A program made the position numbers and the translations under genes. Below the pieces are notes generated by a model that saw only the letters and a program-made list of their open reading frames with translations, did not search any database and was not told the DNA's origin. A DNA stretch of 62,791 bases, counting the filler, from Aduncisulcus paluster (Eukaryota): assembly GCA_024181965.1 (NCBI GenBank). It is 5 parts of 5 records of this genome, joined end to end, with 100 filler letters (N's around TTAATTAATTAA, not from the genome) between each part and the next. Parts side by side here need not be neighbours in the genome. Positions count along the whole stretch, not along the records: positions 14,486 to 35,964 come from BQXS01012564.1; positions 36,065 to 56,457 come from BQXS01012565.1; 3 more parts are not named here. One strand, given 5' to 3'. Each line of letters opens with the position of its first letter. Position 1 is the stretch's first letter. Below, piece by piece: positions 24,938 through 36,706 of the stretch.

Positions 24938-25722
24938 CTATGCTTCCAACAATGAAACTGGCACCCAGATTCTATCCGTTGTATTTGGTCCGAAAAGGTT
25001 TACTATGATATTTCCATACGGAGTGTAATGCGTATGCAATTTAGGAATTGAATCGTTTATATTTTTTGGGTGCTTGTGGCCAACAATGGTTCGACAATTT
25101 TCACAAATTATTCTTCTTCCTTTTGTAACTAGTTCATAAAGTTTAAATGGGAGAATTCGGGATTCTCCGTCATTATCTCGTCGTGAATTATTATTCTTTC
25201 TCTCCAATCTTCCTTGGATTTATAATGTTCTATCTCGATATGATAGATACTATCTAGGATAGTATCCATCTTTAATGCTTCTTCCTTCAATCTGCAAATC
25301 ATATCGGCCAATAATTTTGTCCTTTTTAAATTGTTATATTCATCTTCGACTTTCGATGCTAATCGGGTACGGAAATAAGTTAGAATCTGCATTCTTGAAG
25401 CATCTTCTAATGGGTTAAATTTTCGTAACACCTTGATGTAGACATGTTGTTTGTCGGATTCCGAGAGAGTTCTTTCGCCTTAATGCTTCTTATAAGTCTT
25501 TCCGTTGATAACAATTTTGCCAGATAACAAAAGGAAATGATGTCTACAAACCATGCTTCTCTCTTCTCTACATCCGTCAATTTCAAAAAAAGTGGAGCAG
25601 GATAAGCTGTCCAACTCTTTGTAGAGGTTCAGCAAAGAGCCAAGGATCCGTCTTTTTATAGCAATGATATCAGTATGTACCCTCTCAATTCGTTCTAAAA
25701 TTCTCTCTTCGAAGTCTGACAT
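24938..25722 (-). pseudogene. Frame-broken hypothetical (possibly gag-like) gene
   Basis: Three consecutive same-strand ORFs; no diagnostic motif. Confidence 0.3.
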
Positions 25723-26039
25723 TGATTAAAATAACAAAAATATAGTTTTTGATCTGATTCTTGTTGATAAAAGGGTTTTTTCAAAGTTGATTGGGCCTGA
25801 TATTTTCGGATCGTTTATAATATATTTTTGATAATGTACATTTGATCATGTGGGAATCTGGTCTGAACACCACTCTTTTAATAATGGTGGAACCTCGAAA
25901 TCGTCTTAAAACCCGATATAGATGGTGCAAACAATTCGGAGGCTTTAATCGCCTTAATTCCCAATGGGATAAAATCGTCTTTAAGAGTTTTTGCAAAAGT
26001 TTTGTAGCCTTCATTCTTCAGGAAAGAAATACAAAATTT

Positions 26040-26650
26040 TACCGATGGTGAAGGCTCTTTAAACAATTTTAGTGCGGTTAAAATGTCGTCCCAGTGCTCA
26101 CAGATCTTAAAATACTCCTTAAGTAGCGAATCCCATCTTCAATATCGAATGGTGCTAGTGGCCCCAAACACTTGGTCTACCGCAGCTCGTGCCTTCTTTC
26201 AGTTGGATGTGGATTTAAAATCGTCCACCTCAGACAAGTCCTTTATAATGTCTAAGACCGTTAGATCCACCAATTCCGTCCATTTCTTTGAACCACCTAA
26301 GCTCACATAATGTTCAAAATTCGCCATAAACTCACTCCATTTATCACCTTCCAAATCTTCGAGTCTCGGCATAGTAAGAGCTGCTTCCGTTGTGATTAAT
26401 GGCTTCTTTCTTAACCTTTTCTCTTATACTGTACTATACTGTACTAATATTAATATTGTTAGACGCTTGCAAATTTATTGAATTAAGGATCGGAGTGGGT
26501 CAGTTCTATATATAGAATGTCGAGAAAGTCACAGACATACTCTTTTTCAAGAATGAATCAGGAATTCGCTCGCTATTCGCTACAGACATCGAACATCCTG
26601 TATCAAGTAGAACAAATACCTTTTTCTCCTCATCTGGCCCATTTACCACA
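26040..26650 (-). mobile_element. LTR (about 26457-26650) plus gag remnant
   Basis: MPRLEDLEGDKWSEFMANFEHYVSLGG; minus strand TGTGG...TATATA..CACTCCGATC..AATAAATTTGC..AACA. Confidence 0.7.
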
Positions 26651-27914
26651 TACTCCTCGGGGGATTTACTCTTTTTAGTTATAGTCGCGGACTTTGAGTA
26701 AACCTTCTTTCCCCTCTCTTGTGAATCTTTTCCTGTCTTATGCCGGCATAGTAAGGTTTCGTCTTTGGATTACGTTCATTCGTTTGGTAAGGTTTCGTGT
26801 ATCTGTTTATTGACCACGTTCCGATAACTGAATAAATTTCATGTTGTAGTCATGGATCGACGTCATAGAATTATCATAAGATAATGTGAAGCTGCTAAGT
26901 CTCGATGTGAACTCGGCCAAAAAACGTTTAATTGATGCCCAAATTAAGGGACGGACTCAAAATAATAATTTATATATGCCTTTGTTATTGAATGAAGCAG
27001 ATGTACCATACATGGCATCCGTAAAGCTCCATAATGTTTTTCTATCAAAATTTGACACACTATCTCCATGATCCTTTCGCGATCGATATTAATACATAAA
27101 TATCACTTGGACTGATTTTTAAATCTCTTAACTTTGCTATTAATGCACTTGTGCGTGTATCTGCTGGTTTAGGAATAACTTCCTTGATCTTATCCTCTCT
27201 GAACGCTAAAGTGTGATGCATATTATTTTATAAATACTATTTATAGCTAGTAGCCGAATGATAAATTCTCGTATTCACTTCGACTACCACTTGTAATCTG
27301 ATAACGTGATGCTCAGCTTCATATGATTTTTTCACTTCCCGTCCAAGAGCCCTTTCATACTATGAAAGAATTGTAGTACAATTCAGATTTAATTTTTCCA
27401 ACATTCAAATACCCAATAGCAAATGTTCCGAATTATTGCAGAAGTGTCCCTAGCTCATCGTGCATCAATAAAATGAAAATTCAGAACTTCTTAAAATCTT
27501 TATTTACGTGAATGAGGAAACAGGTCACGTGGCAGAAGAAGGTAGACGTACTGCAGCACGTCGTCCACCGCCGTGGAATGAACAAGAATGTCGAGCAAAG
27601 ATATTAAAAAGATATAGAGATTTAATATATGCAGCAGGTTCCGTCGGTACTGTTTATCTAAACCTCTTTGCAACACGAATGGTTGCACAATCACGATGAA
27701 GTGATCAGCCTGATCGAGTCAGGAAGACATGTTGACCAATCCTCCTGCGGATTTAACACAAGTAATAGTAACTCTCCAGCGAGAAATCCAAACTAGAGTT
27801 TCTCATGATATGAGACAAGATGATTTTAAATTAATTGCTTTTCGCGTTCGAAAACGACATGCAAACGTTTTGGAGGCCGCTTTTAGGTCCCAGATCGAGT
27901 ATCAAGATGATTTA

Positions 27915-28604
27915 CTAACTCGTCAAGAAACAGAAGCGTGAAGTAGTACGAGTGACCAGCTCTCCCCGATCATCTTTAGCTGTTTCATCCGTAAAATACA
28001 GGTTTGCAGCTGTCATGCCTTTCCTATAACAAGCTCGGATCCCATCCTCATAAGCCAGGATATGTTCCATTGAAATTTGAATTGCAAGCTCATTTACAAC
28101 CTTTCTAGTGATTTTTCTTGATTTTAGCAGCCTACATACGGAACTGTCGCTTATCTCTTTACCAAAGAAAATTTTAATAAAAATACAAATTTCCATGAGG
28201 GTAGGCTTTGGTTTTACATATAGAATATGGCTTATGAGATGTTTTATCTCTTGTTCTGTGAGGATCGGTGGTCTCCCCTTTCTTTGCTGCAAATCAGTTT
28301 CATCTTGATCCTCGAGATAGATAAAACTATTTATCCATCTATTGATCTGTCGTATAGATTTTCCTAACGCCATCGATCTTCTCTCAATCTTCAGTATTCG
28401 CCGTCCTTGCTTCACTCCAATTCGATGGAGTAGTATGCTGGAAGAGTATTTGGAGGTTTGTAAACATTGAAAAGATATAGTAATTGGTTTTAAAAAACTT
28501 AAAAACGCCAAATGAAGATGCACGCCACTGTATCGAATTTTTGGAAAACAAATATTACGAAAAGTTTGCAATGTCATTAGTGAAAGGGTTTCTACCGATG
28601 ACAA
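27915..28604 (-). pseudogene. IS630/Tc1 transposase, N-terminal half
   Basis: HTH, KGRPPIL, SDSSVCRLLK..ITRK, YFTDE (first catalytic D), then truncated. Confidence 0.85.
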
Positions 28605-29163
28605 TGGAAGCTATCCGAGTCAGCTAGTATGAAACACCTAAATATAATGGTTATATCATTATTAATAATTGGAGAGAAAAGATGAGATCAGAATGGAATT
28701 GTACAGAAATTCACAGTCGACATGGCTTGATATGTTATTAAAAATGTATTACACCATTGTTGCCTTACAGGCAGAAACTTGGCAAGGTTCTTTTGAACTA
28801 TCTTATGAAAAGTTGAAAGAAGGCATTTTCCTCTCTTCTTGTCATATTGATAGTCCTATAGAAGGAGAATTAAAGAGCTCCTGTGAAGATATTTGTGGTA
28901 CATCATGTGTTCTGTTCGAAAAACATTGTTTCACTTTTAAAAATTCGTCACGAATTAATGAATCTATCACTTTCTGGTTCATCGATTGAAATATTTTTCA
29001 GTGTTGTCAAGCAATTGATAGCAAAGTGACGAAATCATGCTTTCAGAAATTCATTTTGATTCCACACCTTGTTCAATACTTAGAAAAAATTTTAACAATT
29101 ATTTTAAATATTAAAATGATTTGATTTATTTTATTTTATTACTAATTTAAAAGGAGGATTGAT

Positions 29164-29800
29164 TTATTTTGGAACCCTATGTTCTGTACTATTAAACTTT
29201 TTGTTGAACAATGTTACAAGTTCTTCCTTGTCACTTCCTTTCCTTATTTGCCATATTTCACCAACAATGCCCCTTTTCGATCCGTCTGTCCTGACTATAA
29301 ATTCCGCAGATCTGCATGGATGGTGTAGTATTAATTTCCTTCTTATTCTCCCCTTTAGATTCTCCAGAACCTCGTCTTGTGCTTCCCCCCAAATGACTTT
29401 GTCTTCCTTTTGTGACAATAAATCTGTCGTCCATTTTTCTCTCTCCTCATGCTCATTTGACGTAGTTCGTCGTACAAGTTAGGCGTTGAACTCGCACCGA
29501 AGATCTTATCCACCGTTGTCTTCCCCTTTTTCCTTGCCGCTTTCGTCCTCAATTCTGATACACTCACCAGGTCCCTTATGATCCCTAATACTGTAATATC
29601 AACCATTTCTGTCCATTCTTTCAAGCTTCCCAACGTAGTCATACAAAATTTCAACAATAAATATTAATATTGTAAGTTATTAGCAATAATTTATTGAATA
29701 AAAGTGATCGGAGTGATCAAGGTTCTAAATATAGATCACTGAGAAGTTTCAGAAAAAGACATGATGTACCATCATCATCGTGCCCTTTAAAATATACACA
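29164..29800 (-). mobile_element. Highly deleted Gypsy element: LTR, gag stub and RNase H stub
   Basis: LHHP..FIVRTDGS..G...IWQ; SLKEWTEMV gag stub; LTR motifs at 29671-29735. Confidence 0.75.
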
Positions 29801-31440
29801 AATATTACTGATAGATGGTAGTACCATCTATATTGTTAAAAATGGGAGAAGAAAAGTAACACAGAACATATGAAAATGTTTTTGACGAATAGACTTTATC
29901 CCCATTTAAGCTATAATATTTTTTTGGGATCAACTTAATTGGCTGGAGAATTAAACAGAATATTAACAAATAATAGTTTTGAATTTGTTTAAAACATAAA
30001 AATAAACGTATGAAATGGAGTGCCCATGAGCACTCCATCTGTTCAGAGTACCGTTATGCATATATATAACATTTACTAAGCCGCGATCTTCCTTCATCCT
30101 GTTCTTCCGGTTCTTCTTTTGCCACGTCTTGGTTGTCTGTGCCCGGCTGCGAGTTTGTTGCGACGTCGGGCTGCTTCTCCGATTCTTCGGATTCTTCTTC
30201 TGCTTGAGAGTCTTCTTCAGCTTCATCTTCCTTTCTTGCATTTCTTATGCGTCTTGGTGGCATGAATTTGTGCTCGCGTTTCTTGAAATGTAAACAAAGA
30301 GCACTCTCCTTCCTGTTTTCTGTGCCACCTTTCCACTCCGATCGGAGTGGATACCCCCTTGCGTTTCTCTAGTCCTCGACCTGTTTCACGGTATGTAAAA
30401 TTCTTTCTGTTGTTATTAAATTTTCTTTCTACTAATTTTGTTGTTTTCGTTATTATGCCCCCTTCTTTCTACGGTATTCTGAAATACTTTGTATTGGCAT
30501 TTGAACTGTTATCAAAAATAAACTCTTTTTTTGTCTTGAATGCCTGCACAAGTGCGAGTTGAACGTCCGTTATCATCACTACAACTGCTTGAATATATCA
30601 CAGATCTTTAGGAACAGATTCTAAAATCACAAGAAAGGGAAGGGATAACGAAGGTTGCTGATGCTGTTCATATTGCAACAACATGGCGCAATCATGATGG
30701 AAAGAAACACATTGATGATATTCTTGAGGCATCAAGTGGTGCTGATAGTGACTGTGACATCTATAAAGATCAGTTAGAATACATTCAAACAATTTTATCG
30801 TATCTAAGGTCATGCCTCCTAACTCTTGGTCATGTAGCAAGTCACCACAATGTAGATCGGGTGGGCTAAATAACAACTTGTCGGTTACCCATGAATATAT
30901 GAGGTTATTCTCATCATAATAGCTTACCGTATCAATGGAATCATCTTCTGATAAGGGAGAGAACCGCCTCTTCACGGCGATATTCTCCTTTCAGATTGCA
31001 ACATGTGTACCTAACACACAATGCACTATGTCTACTTCTGTCAATAGTAATACCATCCATGAATGCGATAATAAGACCAATGAAGAAGATGGGATGTACC
31101 AGGATACCCGAGTCAATTTATTGAATAAACGGTCACAATTATTCTATTCACATCATTGAATACATCACCATAATATGTTTCGTCACTATGAGAATTGGAA
31201 CAATTTGAATGGTTAAGATGACTGACATTCATGACATTTGTAATCCGTGGCTTCCATAAATGTCGGTGAGAAAAGGGCTGAGAAAACCCGACGGCTGTTT
31301 GTCACCTTCTCAGGATGTTCTAATTATAGAATTCAAGCCTGTCCGTTTATTAAGAAAAATGTAACCAGTCAACAGTATATACTTTGGCCATTAATGTTAT
31401 GAGCAACAAGGATACCGAAAAATCCGAAAGAACTAGCGCT

Positions 31441-31690
31441 ATGAACCCTCCAAAACCACCCTTTTTAAAATCGTTGGACACGAAAAATTGGGGAGGGTTC
31501 ACACGAGAACTTACGCATTACAAGTCTCTTGGGGGAACAAAAAAGTGAATCGAAATGGTTGAAGCCAGTGCCCTGGCCGTAATCACAGATATTTCGGATG
31601 TGCAGGATTTGAAGTCAGCTGAAAACCAAGAAAAAGATAAGATTGGACGTGGAACTTCTTCTGAAGTTGTCAAAACTAGACTCAAAACCT
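31441..31690 (+). pseudogene. Gypsy-type gag stub
   Basis: MNPPKPPFLKSLDTKNWGGFTRELTHYKSLGG then a stop codon. Confidence 0.7.
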
Positions 31691-32216
31691 TGAATTTGTG
31701 GTTGAATATCATGGCAGTAAGAGCAGACATGTCAATAGTTTCAACACCATCAAGGGCGGCTTCACACCTTGTGCGAAAAAACACATTCTGGATTCCCTCC
31801 AGGAAATACTTCTTCAAAAGGTTAGCAGATGGGAGTTCATCGGCAGGAACTCGTCTTAGAGTCTTCCTGAAAGCCTTAACATAGACAACGACATCTTTAT
31901 CGGTTACTTCTCGAAGTTTGATGGTTTCGAAGGAATTCAACGCATCCAAACCAGAGATTGTCCCGAAATGGGCTTCAACCTTCTCAATAAAGGCTTTTCC
32001 CTGCGCACGAATTGTAATATTATCGACAACAGCATCAGTAGTAGGAAACGTTAACTCAGCACCTGTCACATCGTAATACAAGGGTAAGTTATCAACCTCG
32101 ATCATCGTAATTAGGTTTACAGTACCTCCACGAGCTCTATACTGCTCGTACTCACCTATGAATTTGTAAAATTCACGGGAGCCGCTCCCATGGCGGCCAT
32201 AGAAACGCAAATACAC
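31690..32216 (-). pseudogene. Gypsy-type gag
   Basis: FYKFIGEYEQYRARGG; YVKAFRK; KYFLEGI. Confidence 0.7.
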
Positions 32217-32546
32217 GGGTTTAAATCTTCCATAAATTAATTGGTGATTTTGATCAAAATGTGCCAGTAATAACAGAATAAATATGTATAGTACAGTATA
32301 CGTAAGGCAATTTATTAATTTTAATACAATCTATTTTTAGGTTACCAACCTTCTCAGGCTGGCACAATGCTTCTACTTGATCGTTTTTTCCCTCTTTCAA
32401 ATGAAATAAATCTCATAGACAAAAGCAATGATTTAAGTTCGAATCCTGCTTAAATGTGAAAAATAATGAAAAAAAGGACAATAATAATGACTAAATCATA
32501 GGCTTCCATTTTTCAAAAACGAATAAAATGGAAAAATAGAAATATA

Positions 32547-33203
32547 CTATATTTCTTCGTTCAGTTTTTCGGAATCTTCATCCTTCCAAGGTTTCATCCC
32601 CCTTTCAGACATTCTGCTCGATAGAAAGCTTGTTTTTGTTGAAAAATTCTTGATATACTTTCTACTGTGGAGTCCATACAAGCTTCTAATATCCTTCAAC
32701 GTTTCTGGAGTTCTCAAGTTCTGTAAAGCCAAGTATTTCTCTGGATCGATCCTCACTCCTCTCGGTGATATCAACCTTCCCAAGAATTTCACTTCTCGTT
32801 TGTTGAAACAACACTTGCTCTTGTTCAATTTCACCTTAGCCGAACTTAATTTCTCACATACCCAGTTCAGGTTTCGTCGAAACTCCTCCTTGGATTTCCC
32901 AAAAACCACAATATCATCTATAAAAACGTAGCATTTAGATCCGATTCCTCCTTCAAGGACCTTCGTGATCCCTCTCTGGAATGTGCTTGGGCTAATTGAA
33001 AGACCCATAGGTGATCTCTTGAATTGATACACATGCCAAGGAGTGACGAAGGCTGTGTATCTACGACTACTCGGTTCGATTTCCTGCTGATAGAATCCAT
33101 TGGTTAGGTCAAGAGTTGCCAAATGCTTCACACCCTCTAAACAATCCAAAACTTGTTCAATTAATGGTAAGGGATGGTTATCCACCTTAACAAACTGATT
33201 CAA
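32547..33203 (-). pseudogene. Ty3/Gypsy RT fragment
   Basis: LDLTNGFYQ, TAFVTP, PMGL..SPSTFQ, VFIDD, VKFLG. Confidence 0.92.
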
Positions 33204-33679
33204 GGTTGAACTTCAAGTTAATGATTAAAGCTCGAGGTCCAAACATTTCATTAAGACATATGTTGATTCCTTTTAGTAACTCGGTCTTGGTTTTAAAAGA
33301 AATATAGGAAAAAGAAAGGTTGGTCTTGCCTTGAAGCATTTTTTCCACAAAATATATCTTATCAAATTGAGATTGAATCTCGACACCGGATATTGTTAGA
33401 ATAACACGGCTGTTGCCAAAAGCAGACGTTTTTATTATTTTCTTTAAGGAGTATTAGAGCAATTATATTTTAAAATTTCCATTTCAAAAAAATGAAATTC
33501 AAATTTTAAATTTATATTTGAAAAATAGATATTTAAAATAATAAAAGAAATATAATAATATAATCATATAATGTAATATTTTGAAGTTTAAATTATTTTT
33601 AAATCTACAAAATCAATGGGTATCAGCTCTCTCAGTTTTTGTCACTATACTACTAGTACTATAGTATAGTACTCATAGT

Positions 33680-34873
33680 ATGATGTTTCCTTTTCCGGGA
33701 TCTCCACCAAGAACGAGAGAAATCCATAGAAAACATCTAGGAAAGGTTATTAAGGAGCGCATAGCCTATGCTCATTTGTTTTTTGGGGTTAAAAAACAAA
33801 CTTGCGCAGATGCACTCTTAGTGACCACAAAAACAATTCAAAATTATGTGAATTGGTTTTTTAGCTATTCTTCTGAACAAGAAACTTCCCATCGATCAAA
33901 AAAATTTACTCAAACTCATATTGATTTCATTAAGCGTTCTTTGGAAGAAGAACCAAAATTGTTTTTGGATGAAAGATGTTCTTGGTTTAATAGACACTTC
34001 TCCATAACAATATCAACTTCATCCATGTTCAGGATCATACATCACACGTTGAAGTATACTCGTCGAAAAATTTGCACGCGAGCAAAACAAATACTCAAAG
34101 TTGACATTCACCGCTTCGAATACCTCATAAACAAAACATATGTCTCTAGGAGCCGTATATTTTTTGCTGATGAAGTAGGTGTTCGAGGTCACGAAATGGT
34201 GAGGAAGCACGGCTACTTCTTAAGAGGATCCAGACCCGAGGACAGCCAATTCTTTGGGAGATTACCCAATATAACGTATGTAACGTTCATTTCCCATAAA
34301 GGTATTGAAGGGCTTTATGAACACAAGGGGGCGGTGACTCAAAGTCAGTTTGCCCTTGATCTCATTGATTTTATGGTAAGTCACCGCCCTTTCATGAGGG
34401 GATCAATCCTTGTTCTCGATAATGCTGGTCCTCATCAAGAGAGGATGTGTCAAGAATTGTTTGACGCTTATGAAGAGGCGAGAGAGACCGGCCTTCATAT
34501 CATATTCTTGCCAAAATATGGACCTTTTCTAAATCCCATTGAAACTCTCTTTGGGATTCTCAAAAATAGAATCCGGAAATGGACTGGAGTTTGTAATTTG
34601 AGTGTGAAACAACCTGAGTTGTTAAATAATCTGGTTCGATGTGCCTTTTTAGCATCTAGACACGCAGATCTATCCCCAATTATATCTTCATGTGGATATA
34701 AATTGAACAAATATGAACGAAGTAGTGCAACTCAACGTGAACTTGATCGAGAAGAACCACGTTCTGAAGCCATTTTCGGTCAAGTTGATCCAAGAACCCC
34801 CATCACACAACAAAAAATAGCTTTTCGCAGTCAGAACGGGGAAATAATTCCTTATATTTCCCTATCTGAGTGA
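33680..34873 (+). CDS. IS630/Tc1-like DDE transposase, intact ORF
   Basis: HTH region, FADE, VLDNA, LPKYGPFLNPIE; TIRs not found. Confidence 0.92.
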   Translation: MMFPFPGSPPRTREIHRKHLGKVIKERIAYAHLFFGVKKQTCADALLVTTKTIQNYVNWFFSYSSEQETSHRSKKFTQTHIDFIKRSLEEEPKLFLDERCSWFNRHFSITISTSSMFRIIHHTLKYTRRKICTRAKQILKVDIHRFEYLINKTYVSRSRIFFADEVGVRGHEMVRKHGYFLRGSRPEDSQFFGRLPNITYVTFISHKGIEGLYEHKGAVTQSQFALDLIDFMVSHRPFMRGSILVLDNAGPHQERMCQELFDAYEEARETGLHIIFLPKYGPFLNPIETLFGILKNRIRKWTGVCNLSVKQPELLNNLVRCAFLASRHADLSPIISSCGYKLNKYERSSATQRELDREEPRSEAIFGQVDPRTPITQQKIAFRSQNGEIIPYISLSE

Positions 34874-35135
34874 AATTTATCAATAAAAAATTGTATACGA
34901 ACGGAGATGAATCATAAAAAAAAGAAAATCATGAAAAATAACTGTATCTCCTGAAAGAATTCGATTTATCTGATTCTAATGAATAATACAAAGATTATAG
35001 TGTAAATAAAAAAAGTGATTTCTAAAAATAGAATTCTAAAAATAGAACAGCAAAAAAAATTTTTGTTCTAAATCCAATAAAAAGTGTAGCCAATAAAAAG
35101 AATTTTTAAAATAGCAAAAAATACAACGATTTTTA

Positions 35136-35363
35136 GGCGATCCCTTAACGCTGCAGTATGGTTCGTACGGCTGGAGCAGTATGAGAATTCCGAGTGTCGG
35201 CTACAAACGACATCTCATAATCCAAGCCGTCAATCAACCTTTGGGGTAGTGTCGTTTGCCCGGTACTAAGTGAAGTTCTATACTCGAAATTGGCCGATGA
35301 CGAGATTCGAACCCAGGATTTGCGGAATAAGAGGACACCAGTCTACCACCATACTACGGAGAT
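35136..35363 (-). ncRNA. tRNA-headed structured element (SINE-like or Pol III RNA)
   Basis: A-box TAGTATGGTGG, B-box GGTTCGAATCT and ...CGGCCA (35291-35363), followed by a GC-richer body with several complementary stems and a T6 run near 35115-35120. Confidence 0.6.
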
Positions 35364-35490
35364 CAACAAATATTTTTTGTTTTATAATAATAAAATAATT
35401 TATTAAAATATGATTATGTGGGAATGTGTTTCAAACCACCATGTTGTGTTTCAAATTGTGAGGACCTGTTTCGAAACAATAAAGCTTTGT

Positions 35491-35946
35491 TTATCGTGCT
35501 TCATCTACATCGGATGTCATTTCACGCAGAAGAGCTTGAACTTTGACTTCTAAATAGCTTTCTAGCTCAGAATAGTGGGGAACGAGTTTTAAGGGAATCG
35601 GAAAAGAGATTAAAACTCTTTTAGAGATTTCTTCCTCTGTAGTGGTTCTGTCAATCAATTCCAACACTCCCAAAACAGTTTGTGGAATTCGACCCAACAT
35701 TTCTCTTTGTTGGCTCTCCGGCTTTCCACTTAGCTCTACTCTCCAAACAGAGAGTATAAGTGATCTATCGGCCGGAGAGAGACCTCTCGTTGCCACCAAG
35801 AAGTGGGGACTCCTCCTTATTTCACCATCTAAATCTTCATTTGATATTGTTGAAGAAATAGCCGATCCGATAGATATTCCAGCCATTGCAGAATCTTCAG
35901 GAGGCAATTCTCCATTTCTTCCATGAGAATAATGCTCTATTTTCAA
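35491..35946 (-). CDS. Hypothetical protein, probably TE-derived (truncated at the contig end)
   Basis: ORF next to an LTR-like TTCGAAAC segment (35420-35480). Confidence 0.3.
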   Translation of the reverse strand: MKIEHYSHGRNGELPPEDSAMAGISIGSAISSTISNEDLDGEIRRSPHFLVATRGLSPADRSLILSVWRVELSGKPESQQREMLGRIPQTVLGVLELIDRTTTEEEISKRVLISFPIPLKLVPHYSELESYLEVKVQALLREMTSDVDEAR

Positions 35947-36063
35947 TGGATTTCTAGGATTTGTNNNNNNNNNNNNNNNNNNNNNNNNNNNNNNNNNNNN
36001 NNNNNNNNTTAATTAATTAANNNNNNNNNNNNNNNNNNNNNNNNNNNNNNNNNNNNNNNNNNN

Positions 36064-36415
36064 NGTTTCAAGTTCTCAAACCCTTTCGGATCGTTTCGAG
36101 AGCTATAAACGCCAAGTAGAAGAAGACATTCTCAAGATATATAAAGAATATAAATCAATGAATAGACAGATTCAATTTCTACAGAATCAAGTTGTTAGTG
36201 AATTGTGTGATGACAAGCAAGAGAGAGCAATGATAACTTTGCAGAAAGAATGCGAAGAAGAGACAAAACGATTGAAGGATGAAGAAAGGGAAATTAAAAT
36301 TGCACTGGACAGATATAAAAAACATGATTCAATAATGATATCATTGGGAAAAGAAGCGAAAGAGCTTAGAGATGCTATTTCTCAAAGTGAAGAGATTTTG
36401 GCATATTTCAAATGA
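36064..36415 (+). CDS. 3' end of a coiled-coil protein, possibly HAUS4/augmin-like
   Basis: C-terminal pattern AL.RY......L.KE..EL...I...E.IL..F*. Confidence 0.35.
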
Positions 36416-36706
36416 AATGGTTGCTTTTATGATATTATTTATAAGTTATTTTACATCTTCTTGCAATTACAGAGTATAACGGACATGTTGGGGCACTGTT
36501 TTGTTGATTCTGTTAAACGGCCGACTGAGTCACAAGTAAATATTTATTTATGATATTCCAAATGGGATCCATTCTCATTAGATTTTTCCTGCATTTTTAT
36601 TTTTTTTTTGTCTTTACATTTCCAATGGATTGAATCCATTTGACCAGCTCAGAATTTTTTTTCTATATTTTCTTGAAAGAGTTGTTCTTTGTTTTATATT
36701 CGTTAA

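Noticed and set aside
34874..35135. Fanzor/TnpB partner next to the IS630-like transposase
   Set aside because: No RuvC-like or zinc-ribbon ORF is visible near any of the Tc1/IS630 fragments
35240..35250. CTACCCCAAA in the tRNA-headed RNA as a telomerase template
   Set aside because: Too short, and the organism's telomere repeat is not visible here
35291..35313. TGGCCGATGACGAGATTCGAACC as a canonical PBS
   Set aside because: Not preceded by an LTR-terminal CA, and the tRNA similarity extends over the full ~73 nt, fitting a SINE head or pseudo-tRNA better
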